A stretch of 64,000 nucleotides of DNA from Chrysomallon squamiferum (lineage: Eukaryota; Animalia; Mollusca). The notes under the pieces were generated by a model. That model made no database searches, had not been told where the DNA came from, and saw only the letters and a list, made by a program, of their open reading frames with translations. Shown here in pieces: positions 29,101-41,517 of this stretch (position 1 is the stretch's first letter; every line of letters starts with the position of its first letter). The stretch is from assembly GCA_012295275.1 (NCBI GenBank), contig CM022672.1, forward strand, positions 23,622,001 through 23,686,000, read 5' to 3'. Position numbers and translations under genes: made by a program.

Positions 29101-30438
29101 AATTATGTGGGTTTTTTAAAAACAATGCCTTCAAAGACTGGAATTACTTTCTTTGCTTACTTTAACTATTTTGACATGAAAACAAACACTCACCATTTAG
29201 ACCTTGGTCTTTACCATTTTCATCTATAAAGGTATATGTTTCCAGAGCCCTAAGATCGTAAAGATGTTCTCTTGTGCTTGTGACCACTCTTTCTGAACCA
29301 TTCCGTATCAAATATCCTAACAGCGTCAAACCCTATAATGCAGTTATAAAACATTTTAATTCAAATGTGTTTATCAATCAATCTACCTATCTAATATACA
29401 ATCTAATAATCTGGCAATAACTGTAATGCAAAACATTCAACAAATGCTGAAAAAACATGAATTTTTATAGTTTTTTTCTGACATGTCACATGGTCAGTGA
29501 AACAATGGATTTTATGTGAAGAGTATGTAGGGATCAAATATGTATATCAGTTATCAGAATATTCACTGACCTTTGTAATTTTCACAACAAAACATGTTTT
29601 AAGGAAGGAAGAATCAAAAAATAAATCCGAAAACAGTATGATCATTAGACAAAAATATAATTTAACAGTATTAATACAAATGTATATTAAAGTCAGGTAA
29701 AAACATTTAAACTATGATGACAAAGAATACCAGAAAACAAATCTGTATTTCCTTTTCATGTCAAAATTTATGGCTGATATACCTCAGGTATTTTAAAACT
29801 ATTTTATACAAACAATGACAAAAAAATAACAGTACTTTATAAACTCTTCTCCAGTTTTTTTTATTCTCATGAAGCATTCGTTTCCACAGCATGCCCATGA
29901 CCTCTGGGAAGTGTTCATAAGTAAATGTGTATTGTGCTATTTCCTGCATTAATGTTCCATGAGGACCCCAAGCATCGTCATTAGTTGCTTCTCGCACCTT
30001 GGATTCCACCTCAGAGTAATTCATCACCACATTGGTACTGTAAAATTACAAATTATGAAATTCTCAGGAAATAATTTTATTTTTTTATTAAATGAACTTA
30101 CTTTTACTTTATTTTTATTAAATAAATAATAATAGTAAAAAAAAAATAATAAAATAAAAAACCCAGAAAAACAAAGATGAACACTAATGTTACAAGAAAA
30201 GGAACATCCAGTTATACAGGTGTCAAATTGTGTATGATATAAATAACTATTCCTTACTAAGTTGCTTACACAGCATTTTATAGTTAATTAAAAAAAGCAT
30301 ACAATTATTATTAAAAGAAAAGATCATGTAATATTTTTATTTACAAACATTAACACTACATTTTAATACAAAATAACAATTATTAAAATCCTAGATTATC
30401 TGATGTAAACTAAAGGCATAGATTAATTCATTAACAGA

Positions 30439-30501
<63 letters not shown>

Positions 30502-31058
30502 ATAATAAATAGTTGCACAAAACGTAAAGTAAAACCTTTGTTAAATGTAAATCATTAAGTGAATGAACATTGTATTTCTTAACTTGTCATCTTATACTGC
30601 CTCAGTCATAAAATGCGATTTTTAATTTTTATTATTTTTTTTTTTCTTAAACACAATATACTTAGAATAAAAATAAGGACAACTTTATGAGCGCTTTATT
30701 TTTATTATTATTATTCCTTCTCTTTTCTCGATTTTTTTTAACCATTATAATTATTATAATCATTATTTTAATTTATTATTTGTTGGTCATTTAAAAATTA
30801 AATTAGTAATTTTCTAATGATATACCGTAACTGAAACCTTAATAAATGATGCACGATTAATAATGAAGGTATGACATATTACATGTACTAATATGAACAA
30901 AAGGGTTAATATTTATTTATTAAACATAGATTGGCATATGCTGACTACGTGGACAGTTTGTCATCCACCGCCATGACAGTTGACAGATGCGGGTATACAA
31001 CCAGAAACGCCTACATTAGTACTTACACTTTGTCTGTAATTTCACGAAACTTCCACAT
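15778..31058 (-). CDS. CLINT1: Clathrin interactor 1 (epsinR/enthoprotin), ENTH-domain adaptor
   Basis: Exons 31058-31027, 30037-29836, 29332-29194, 28860-28726, 28491-28326, 28037-27755, 26965-26839, 26134-26062, 25585-25294, 24169-24053, 22793-22683, (20841-20794), 20269-20140, 16742-16665, 15932-15778 have consistent phases. ENTH domain MWKFREITDKVTNVVMNYSEVESKVREATNDDAWGP..NWRRVYK..NGSERVV, DFGDF/DFADF AP-1 gamma-ear motifs, Met-rich tail, NTWS..VDINLE and terminal DNAFSSFGN. Confidence 0.95.
16100..16450 (+). mobile_element. Probable degenerate LINE (RTE-like) reverse-transcriptase 3' fragment in a CLINT1 intron
   Basis: GC-richer intronic patch. Broken-frame peptides NQVLHW and LSWIDD resemble the post-RT C-terminal region of RTE-clade LINEs, and many stops are present. 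Confidence 0.3.
23064..23128. repeat. (AC)n/(TC)n compound microsatellite
   Basis: Direct inspection. Confidence 0.9.
30443..30499. repeat. (GA)n microsatellite
   Basis: Direct inspection. Confidence 0.95.
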
Positions 31059-31156
31059 TATGATTCTGAAATCTTACAGATTTTGTAAATAAATGTTACG
31101 TAACATTAAAAGAAATAATCACTCTGATGTCTAAGGATTACTTGACAAACTAAATA

Positions 31157-31197
31157 ACCGGAAATGAACCCAGTAAGAAATGGCGTTGTCACGTGAT
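31157..31197. promoter_or_regulatory. Putative CLINT1 proximal promoter motifs (ETS, YY1-like, E-box/CLEAR-like)
   Basis: ACCGGAAATG (31157-31166), AAATGGCG (31178-31185) and GTCACGTGAT (31188-31197) cluster 100-140 bp upstream of the CLINT1 ATG in a locally CpG-richer stretch. Confidence 0.5.
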
Positions 31198-31741
31198 TCG
31201 TTACGATTTACACAGTTTAGCAGCAAGAAGAATTATTAGAATTGATTTTATGTGTTTTTGTTTGGTTTTTGTTGGTTTTTTTTTTTTTTTGGGGGGGGGT
31301 GTTTTTTCTTAGTAATAAAATCACTAACATCAGATTATAGTATATATCGATCTTTTATATACATTTAAAAAACAAAAAAAAAAAAAAATAAATAAAAAAA
31401 AAAAAATAAAAAAAAAAATAAATGGGTGTGTTGGACGAATGTATATTCTGATAGTGAACAATTCAACGTGAAAACTTCTATGACCATGGCGCGACCCTTA
31501 ACATTGTGGCAATGTGGATAGAATACTAAACTTGAAAAATAACTTTTAAACATAATATCGTATCGTTTACTGAATAATGATCAAATATTTCTTAAAGGTT
31601 AAATTATTAAAAAAAAAATATTGACAATAAAACAAGAAAAGATATACTACTACTACTACTACTACTACTACTAATAATAATAATGGCATTCATTAACGAT
31701 TACGTTCTCAGGGTTATGGAATATATTGTATGAATCGAAAA

Positions 31742-31745
<4 letters not shown>

Positions 31746-31817
<72 letters not shown>
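31746..31817. repeat. (TC)n microsatellite
   Basis: Direct inspection. It explains the poly-ER ORFs in the track. Confidence 0.95.
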
Positions 31818-31819
<2 letters not shown>

Positions 31820-32130
31820 GCGCATAGAGGTGTGCAGAGGTCTTGTGATGCACGGGGCCAACTCCTTGACTGTATTGAGAAATAGTATGAGAAGGGAAGA
31901 TATTTTGAATATGTAAACATAGATGAAACATAAAATAAACACTTTGTTCGATTTAGTATAAATCAACCAAATTTATTAAGTTCTTATCTCTGATTGGATG
32001 CCCCTCAATTCGATGCCCCTCAATTCTTAATGTGTTCCTGCATATTTAGGTTACGATAAATGAAAGGACTCTATATACTCTACACAACAATAATAGTAAT
32101 TGCCTGGGTGCAGCTGTATGTTAAGTCAGG

Positions 32131-32165
<35 letters not shown>

Positions 32166-32315
32166 ATTTAAGCCCAAACTACTTTGAAAGCCTTTAAACA
32201 TAACATTAGAACAAGAAAGGATAATGACAATTTACATAATTATATTAACTTTAGATCGATGGAATGGTATTTACTTTTCATGTAACATATTCTAATTCAT
32301 AGTAGCACATTTTAC

Positions 32316-32351
<36 letters not shown>

Positions 32352-32367
32352 TTATTATTATTTTTTG

Positions 32368-32445
32368 TTAAGTGTTCTGAATAAGTAAGTGAAAAATGAA
32401 CGTGCTAATCAGAGCAAGTTTATGAGTCATGCTCTCTGACAAACT
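32368..32445. mobile_element. Isolated end of a MITE-like family
   Basis: GTGAAAAATGAACGTGCTAATCAGAGCA shares the GTGCTAATCAGAGCA core and flanking similarity with the inverted repeats at 53322-53336 and 53891-53905. Confidence 0.55.
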
Positions 32446-35400
32446 TAGATGTCATCCTGTCAGTTCTCTTTCTTTTATAGTAATTGACAACAGGGGATGG
32501 GTTCAGCATCAGCAATGTAGATGAGCTCAAATAAATAGCTATCGTAACTTCTGCGAATTACAGGCTGATATTAAATACAAGCAACTATTAGTTAGTAAAT
32601 AAAAAAAAATTAATTAAAGAAAAATAAAAAACCTATATAATCAGCATATAATGATATTCATCTCTGAAACACACACACACACACACACATACAATTTAAA
32701 AAAACATGAGATTATAATAGGGTTTCGTTAGAGGATGATCGTTGTTACAAATGCATGAGAGTTGACAAGTCCACACACACCTGTATCTGGCAAACGCAGA
32801 TTAGATATGACCCATTTCAACGAGTCTCGCCAGAAGTATCTGAGGCCAACAACAGCTATATGAAAACAGTAACCAGTTATATCATGCAATCCTAAATAAT
32901 AGCCTACAAAAATGAAATTTCCGAGAATGGTAGATTCACGTGCATTCACTTCGTTCACAAAATATGTACATAAAAACAAAATACTTTTTGAATAACAACA
33001 ATTCACTTGTTATATTTTTTAAAAAGAAAACCGTTTTCAAACTGTCGTTTAACAACTAAAGATATAAAGCTATATATTTACATATAACACACAGACACAC
33101 ACGCGCATGCGCGCGCGCGCATGCACACATATACACACGCGAGTGTAACTAGATACATTTCTTTATTTCCGGGTACTGACCAAAAATGTAATTTTTGGGC
33201 ACGGAACTGTATTTGCCTCAATCAATTTGTTATTCACAATATAACTACGATGCGTGCGTGTGCGTGCGTGCGCGTGTGTGTGCGCGCATATAAAAAAGTT
33301 ATTTCTTTAAGATTTAACTGCTGCTTCATAATCAGAAAAAATCATTAAAAACAAAAAAATAATAATAAAAAATGCCTAATAAATTGTTGTCATTTAAGCA
33401 TTTGCTACTATTACGTGAAATGTTTTGCTTTACTTCTCACTTCTCGAGGCAAAGGTTATTATATACTATATAGTATATGTATTATGTCAAATTTTTAAAT
33501 TTAATTTTCCTTGCTTGAAAGAACACACCGCAGCAACTATTGTTACTGTCTTTTCTTTCTTTAAGAAATGTTAACAAACTGATGTTCAAGAAAATAACAG
33601 TTTAACCACTTACATACATGTTTGATGTATGTTTTTAAGGCTCTCTTGATGGTGATTCCCATTCAGTCCGAATGAAAATATTTAGACTATATACAGACTT
33701 TATTTTATGTACAAAATTATTAAGAATACTGTAAATAATTTTTTAAATTTTTATTTATTTATTTATTTTATTTATTTTATTTATTTTATTTTTATTATTA
33801 TTATTTTTAAACCCTGCACTTTTTATATAAGCTGTATATGAAATATAGATGGAATAAGTATTTAGACATAATCCCATGTTATTTGCTCATAATCAAGAAC
33901 ACAAATATTTCCGAAATTTGAAATACTTCCGATTCCAAACATTTTGGATAAAGGCTTCGCGACTTGTACCAACAACCTGAACAACGTTATCACCGGAAAA
34001 CAACTTGATATGTTTTTGCATATGGATACTGTATAAAATGATAATATGGGGGGGGGGAATCACAAAAGAAATTAAAAAAACAAATAACAAATAAATAAAT
34101 AAATAAATAAATTAATTAATTAATTAATTAATTAACTAGTTAATTAAAAGTCTGGGGTTTGATTTATTTCACTGGTTTGGCAATGACCATGATTATAATA
34201 TTCTTTTGATATTTTTGCATTTATTTTAAAGTACTTATCCGCAGTTACAAGATGTTGTATTCTCTTTGTTTTCATATCTCAAGTGTGCAGTTATTAGCAG
34301 TTTCAACTGACAAACAAAAATCATAATCGACGAAAGTGATGTATTAAAGTATTAGAGAAATAAAGTTAAACTTAGAGTAACTATTGGCCATGGGCTGAGC
34401 CCCGATATCGTTCATATCGTTGGAATTGCCATTTTAATCATTAATAATGGAATACTATATAATGCAGAACACACGCACGCACATTTAAAAATGATAATAG
34501 ATGACATCACTAATTTCAAAAAAAAATGTGGCAACAAACTACAGAATACAGTGATTGCATATTAATAATTTCAAGATTTCTTTTTTGTTTTTTTTGTTTT
34601 TATTTTTGGTGGAATTTAATTCAATAAATTTAATGTTTACATGTGTTACCTGCCCTTTTTCTTTTTTTTGTGTGTTTTAAGACTTTGCAGTCAATCAAAT
34701 GTTTTGTACTTACTTGCAAACTAATCAACACAGCCTTAAACACGTGCTGCTGGTCATTTATGACGACTATACAGCACTGAAGTTCATTAAAAAATTGAAC
34801 AAGAATTTGTTTCTCTCATTTGGCAATATAAGCACTGAATATCTCACACAGTTTCAAAGCAATATACATGTATTAAATATCAAAATGTAGCTTTTGAAGA
34901 ATTCATTATTTTTCAGCATGTTGCTAAAAATCATGAATTTTAATTAATTACTTAATTAATTGCATTAATTCAGTTGTACTTTATGCCTTGATTATGCATT
35001 TCTAAAAAATGTTATAGAATAAACCAGTACACAAAAAGAAATTTTTTCTACACCAAGGCCCTTACATTTTCAATTTTGTGGATTTACATTTGTTTACCAA
35101 TTAATTAATAACATTAATTAGTGTTAATTTGCCTTATGACATTATTACATACATCTGAAAACATTCATAAAAGTCTAACAGCAATTGCAATGGTCATGCC
35201 ATTTGTTGAGAACATAACATGTCTTGGTTCCTGTATTTAAGATCCAGCTACATCACATATTTTATAAAATTTGGCCGAATATATAGAGAAAGGCCTATTG
35301 TGCAACTTGTATATGATTTAAAATCCAAAATAAGCTTACCTTACATAATGATACTGATGAAACAATGAACTGTTGATTCTCTGTTGCTAATCAAAGATCA

Positions 35401-35714
35401 CATGTCAAGAAACAAATACAAAGATGAAGCTGAATATGTAGACTACATTTGTTGCTTTGGAAAATTTTTAAAATAATGATGAAATAAACTCAAAGAACGG
35501 AACCCCCTTCAAGGCAAGCAATTAAGAATTAAGAGACAAAAATCAGGGAACATTTTGCTGTGACCCAGAGATGTTTTAGTTACATATCTACCAATGTTAT
35601 ATCTAAGCTTGATACATAAAAAACAAAAAATGGTTGCAAGTTTTGTGGTAAAGGCCTAAATCAGAAATTATTATCATGTGCAATTGAATGTAATGCTTTG
35701 TTGACTGCAGCAAT

Positions 35715-36305
35715 AAATATGGAAGAAATGGCATCAGAAACAAAGGCACCTGGAAGAAACGGCACCATGCAAATTTGGAAAAACTGGCACCTCCAAAAAT
35801 ATGTTATTGCTTATTGATATTCAGTTATTCGTGGTACGTGAAGTCATACTTACAAAAACAATTCATAACTGCAGATAAAAAAAACACAGTTCATAATTAA
35901 ACAGTCAGTCAAAACAATTGTAAACCAAAAACAACCCTCAGAAATACCCTCCATGTGTGTGTGTGTATATATATATATAAAAATAAGGAGCTAGTCACAA
36001 AGGCTGCTGGAAACCTCATGGTAACCAGTATCAAGTGGTTGAGTGATACTATGTATACTGTATTTTTAAATGTGATGATAATGTGATAAGTGTAATATGT
36101 ATGTAGCAATAGTACTTCTAATTTTTTTTTATGCAGCTATACTGAAAAAGTAAATAAGGTGCCATTTTTTCCATATTTGCAAAGTGCCATTTCTTCTGGG
36201 TGCCATGTTTTCCAGCTGTCTGTTTTTTCCAGTCCATGTATTCCAGCTGTCTGTTTTTTCCAGTCCATGTTTTCCAGCTGTCTGCTTTTTCCAGTGCCAT
36301 TATTT
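35715..36305. mobile_element. Foldback/MITE-like non-autonomous DNA element with repetitive inverted arms
   Basis: Left arm GGCACCTGGAAGAAACGGCACCATGCAAATTTGGAAAAACTGGCACCT (~35745-35792) is the approximate reverse complement of AGGTGCCATTTTTTCCATATTTGCAAAGTGCCATTTCTTCTGGGTGCC (~36157-36204). A ~31-bp tandem unit CCAGCTGTCTGTTTTTTCCAGTCCATGT follows (~36212-36295). Confidence 0.65.
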
Positions 36306-38910
36306 CTTACTGTCTCTTGAACATATTAATTACATGTAGCACCTTTGAAATTTGTACTGGTAAATATGCTAGTACTGGTTTAAAGAACTTTTAAATTTTA
36401 TCAAGAGCAGATCCTGTATGACAAATTAGAGGTTTTAAGCAATCAGCTTCTATATTTGTGCATATGTAGGCTTCAATAAATACTGCAGAACTTGTTCGTG
36501 AAAGTATTATCTAATTAAAAAGGAATTTTTTATTGTTTTGCATTGCACATTTTTTTGTAACTTGGTTCACATATCCTCCAGTGTTAAAATGCACCTTTTG
36601 GTGTTGTTCTCAAAAACTGTTTTTCTTTGGTAGGTTTAGTTGTGAAATATTAATCCTGATATATTATATAACTGAAGAAAAATGTTTAAAAAGAAAAAAT
36701 CTGGAAACCCAGCCAAGTATTTTCTATTCCAGTCAGTAATCCAATACAAGTATTCCATAGGCTGCACTACATGATGATTTGTGTGAAACAATAAAACAAA
36801 ATGAAAATTGGTTACCTCTATACTACCATTTTTTGACAAAAATAATTAAACTATCTGAATGTATTTCATTAAAGCCTAAAGGCCTAATTACAATGGTAAC
36901 TTGTAACCATTTTTGATTGAAATAACAAACATTTTTAACAATTATGGAAGCTGACAATTTTATAAAAACGAATATTGATCATATCTAACTTTAATCATCT
37001 GTAAATTAAAATTAAGCGTACATTTTTTGCATCAAAAGTTAGATTTGTTAAACAGACATAGTTTTCTGGTAAATATATTTTTGAATTGAACAAAAACCAT
37101 TTCCTAAAATTTACAGCCTGTAGCCTGTTATTATATCAATTTTAAATAATTTTGGTTTTATACTGGGCTTCACTTATTAAACTTCAGTACATGCTGAGTC
37201 CAAACTGACTCTAAAATATCCTTACTGTTTTATAAATTATATCATTTAAATAAAAAGATAAAAGTTTAAAAATTAATAATAATAATAATAATAATAATAT
37301 ACATTAAAATAAATATTGGCAAAAGTATTTAGTAATAATAACAGAAGTAATAATTCCACATTTTATCATCACTATATAAGCATTCATGTTATTTTAGAAG
37401 AAAAAAAAAAAAATAATAAAAAATAATAATAAATAAATAAAATCCCCAGAATGATAGATGTACAGTTCCATATAATGAATTAATTGCTTCCATTGAACAA
37501 ATATTAGGCAAATATTAGTTCCACATGCTTTAAGTTATAGGATTAGGGTGAAATTTTCAGACTCTTTTTTAAAAATCATTTCCCAGTGTACTAACTGCCA
37601 TCAGTATTTTGATAAATGAAAATAAAAATTAGAAAAATAAAGTCATAAACAGCAGAAGCTGGGAGTAGATTATCTAGGCACGAGTAACTTTCCTCCTTTA
37701 AACTACTGATTTTCCTAATGTTAAACGATAAATAAACAATAATGCATATTCTGTATAATAATATGTTTTTATTACATGTTTGTGTAAGGGTGAGAATATA
37801 TATGATAATTAAGACAAAAACTTTTATTCAGTGATTGCTGGTTGTGCTGGTTGCACAAGGAAAGTTTAGTACTGCTATCTATTGCTAAGTCTTATGATTG
37901 TGAATATGGTGTTAAGCTTAATTCTTTGATAAACCCAACCATTTTAAATTCATAAAGAAATAATACCACCACCACACTTTCCCACCTAATTATTCCAATG
38001 ATTAAAACATAAGCTTTTTTACATTTTTTTTTTTTTTTTTTTTTTGCATACCTTCAAAATTATGGATTTAAACTTTGACACTAACTATTGAATTCTAGTA
38101 ACAAAACACAAAGAACAATTCTGATATTACCAAATTGAAAGCCCCCAAAAATGTTAAAGTATAATAATAATTTTCCATATAAGCTGATATATATTTCTGA
38201 TGGACTCCTCAGCACAGAGTTATCAATACAGTACATACCATCTAATAGCAGCAGGATGTGATTTAAGGAATTAATGTACAGTTAGAGCATTTAACAAAAA
38301 ATAATACATAAGGCAATAATACAAAAAACTTAAAATAAAATAAAATAAAATATATGTAAAATAAAATAAAATAATAAAATATCTGGCTAGTGTACATGTG
38401 GTATATTAAGCATAGTACAAAAAACAATATTTTATTTGCTGTATATGCTATCTAATGTATTTTAATTTATTTATAAATTAGAGTCATTTTCTAATTTTGT
38501 TTTTAAATATTTAAATAAGCTAAACAACATTATTGGTTTAAAAATGAAATGTAGCAGTGTTGAAGAACATTGTGAATTAGTACTTATATTAAGATCACAC
38601 CAAGCCTAAAGCATACACAGAAGAATTAAATAGAAAATCCAATGTGTTTTATGATAGACCCATAAAACAAACTATAAACACTTGAGAAAGGAATCTATAT
38701 ACAGATCTACATACTTATTATCAAAATATATTCTTAGCATGATAGTACCAATAAAATGAAATTATTACATTATTTAGGCAATTTATTTGTTCACCAGAAG
38801 ATAATATTTTCCTTTGATATGTTTCATAATTAATAATTTTAGCAGACTTTTCATCTAAGTTCTAGATGTGAAAAGAAAAAAGTAAAGGTAATAATAATGT
38901 GTCTGACATT

Positions 38911-39324
38911 TCACTGTATGAAATACACAATCACAAATATAATGAGACTTATAAGGCCCAGTGAGATAACAATTCCTGTCACATACAAAACCGTAGATAT
39001 AATCCTGAAATGCTCTGCCTCTTTCACATAACCACTAGCAAATTCCTTATCTGACCTTCGCATGAACAACATGGCGGGCATACAGCAGAGAAAGAAAAAA
39101 GGAAAGCACACTGGAAACCACGCCACATCATGTAATTTATGATTCAGACTGTTATTTTTATTAGCCTCGGCAGCAATGTTTATTTTCCTGTCAGCAACCA
39201 CTTCATCTTCACCAGGTACAGTGACGGTGTTTTTATTTTGAGATGTCTGCTGCCATTTTTCTATGTCATTTGAAATTGCAGCTTGAGGATATTCATTGTC
39301 CTTTAATCCTGGCCACTCTTGCAT
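38911..39324 (-). CDS. Intronless CD225/dispanin-like (IFITM/PRRT family) membrane protein, 137 aa
   Basis: Polar N-terminus, then a hydrophobic segment with a CC pair (WFPVCFPFFFLCCMPAMLF), a short charged loop (RRSDKEFASGYVKEAEHFR, like the dispanin G-x-x-x-x-A loop) and a C-terminal TM helix (IISTVLYVTGIVISLGLISLIIFVIVYF). This is CD225 topology. Confidence 0.6.
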   Translation of the reverse strand: MQEWPGLKDNEYPQAAISNDIEKWQQTSQNKNTVTVPGEDEVVADRKINIAAEANKNNSLNHKLHDVAWFPVCFPFFFLCCMPAMLFMRRSDKEFASGYVKEAEHFRIISTVLYVTGIVISLGLISLIIFVIVYFIQ

Positions 39325-40326
39325 CTCTCAAAGGCCATTGTAGCTGTGTTGATGGCATGTTGTTGGCATCAACTTTAACATGAGAGGATGCAAGAAAACG
39401 GTTGTTGTAATTAGGTGTACAATTCATTGCTACAAAGTTATCTTTAACTGTAACTGTAAACAGCTTTTTTTCTTTCTTTCTTCCTTTTTTTTTAATTCCC
39501 TATGAAGTAATAATATATCCACTCAGTTATTTTTAATTATCCATGATTGGTTTAACTCCAAACAAAGTAATATATCCTTACAGTGATGTTGAATTATTTT
39601 AACACATTTAAACTAGGTTATCATTCTGTGTGATTTTACTATTCTGATATATATCTAACACTTCCACTTCGGGTATTACTTGAATTGTGGATATCCTTTA
39701 TCTGTTAAAATGTATGGGAACCCAGAACAGTAAATATCTACCAGTCACATCCACTGTCCATTAAAAAACAACCACAAAAAATGCAAGCAGAAAGAAACAT
39801 ATAATATGAACTCAAAAAATACATCGCCTACTTGGTTTGTGATGCATGACTGATGAACAAACAAAAAAAAAAAAAAAAAAAAAAAAAAGGCAAAATATTT
39901 TCTTTTCTGCATCAGCAAGTAGTTTTTGAGTACAATGTAACCACCCTATTTTTGTCAAAGCAGTGCGAGAGGCTCCATAAGGTGCTCTGTATACATTGGA
40001 TATATCAGGTTACATGACACACATAAAGTCCTGTATTTTCATCAACTTTAATTCTGTACATAAAAAAGAAATTATTTTTTAATAGTTTTTGCATACATTT
40101 GCTTCAAGTAATGTTAATTTTACACATTTCCAATATAATCATGGTTATAAACATAGATATGATTCTGATGTATAACTTACATTTTACACTGATTTTTAAT
40201 AATAGCCATGAAATGGTTAGTTATCCAACTCAAAAATAACATTAAATATTAACTAAACAACTCGCATGTGAAAAGTTATATCTGCATAGCATCTTTATAA
40301 TTAGTTTATGTATCAATGTCTGTATA

Positions 40327-40329
<3 letters not shown>

Positions 40330-40372
<43 letters not shown>
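40330..40372. repeat. (TG)n microsatellite
   Basis: Direct inspection. Confidence 0.95.
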
Positions 40373-40375
<3 letters not shown>

Positions 40376-40633
40376 AGATATTTGTTGTATTTTATTCTTT
40401 ATAACAAACTCTGATGTTTAATTTGGGAAGTAGTTCAACCCACCTAACCACTCCTTGTTAAAATCAGCTATTTAATCACATTTAGTCTGCATTCAGCTTG
40501 TAAACAAGACTTTTAAACCATGCATTAATAATTCACTGTAACAAAAGATAACCTATAACACTTAAAAAATTAAAAAATAATAATAAAAAGATAAATAAAT
40601 ACATTAATTAATTAATTAAGTAATTAATATTAA

Positions 40634-40704
<71 letters not shown>

Positions 40705-41161
40705 TAATGATGAGCTGTAATCACTGAACTACTTACACCTCAAGCTATTTAAGAGTTTTTACATTTTTATTTTTATTGTTTGTAAAAAAAATGATAATTA
40801 TTATTATTATTCAAAAGTTTCTTCATGATGTTGATTATCCAAACATGCCTATGTCAAAATTTCAAGATAACATTTTATTAAAAGTTGTTAAACAGTTTGG
40901 AGGCTAGAGATGTAAATGTGGTTACGTACAGTTTTGTTTTCGTTGTTTTATTTCTGTTATTTTTTGTAACCCCACTGTTACTTTCTTTTAGTTTTTAAAC
41001 ACTTGAATATATAGTGTCTGTGTGTAACTGATTTTGCTGTTGAAAATTAGTTTTAAAAAGCAACACCATGGTCACTAGAGAGAAACTGCACAGACTAAAA
41101 GAAAATCTAATTAACACCTAATACAAGTCCAGCAATCCCAGACTTGGAGCAAAATATTTAA

Positions 41162-41195
<34 letters not shown>

Positions 41196-41472
41196 CACTC
41201 AAGGAACAAAATTAAAATATTATCAAGATTCAAACAAAAATAAACTTTAGTTACTTTAACATCAAATGTATATTAATGATAAGTAAAACCTTTTAATTTC
41301 TAAACTCTTTATTTTCTTTCCATATGTGCAAAACAAATATACAAAAAACAAATTTGGAAAAAAAGAACTACTACTACTACTACTACTAATAATAATAATA
41401 AAAACAATATTAACAACAATAATATAATAATAATAATAATAATAATAGTAAAAGAAAAATTAAAAACTAAAC

Positions 41473-41517
<45 letters not shown>

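Noticed and set aside
31671-31966. Poly-ER ORFs (also 60682-60900)
   Set aside because: Translations of GA/TC microsatellites.
31997-32026. Exact 15-bp tandem duplication GATGCCCCTCAATTC
   Set aside because: Probably simple slippage or an excision footprint, with no further structure.
35200-35715. Coding-looking patch with CKFC motif (transposase relic?)
   Set aside because: Multiple stops and no motif I can assign with confidence.
36212-36295. Regular ~31-bp repeats (CRISPR-like?)
   Set aside because: Head-to-tail with no unique spacers, in a eukaryotic context, and part of a foldback element.
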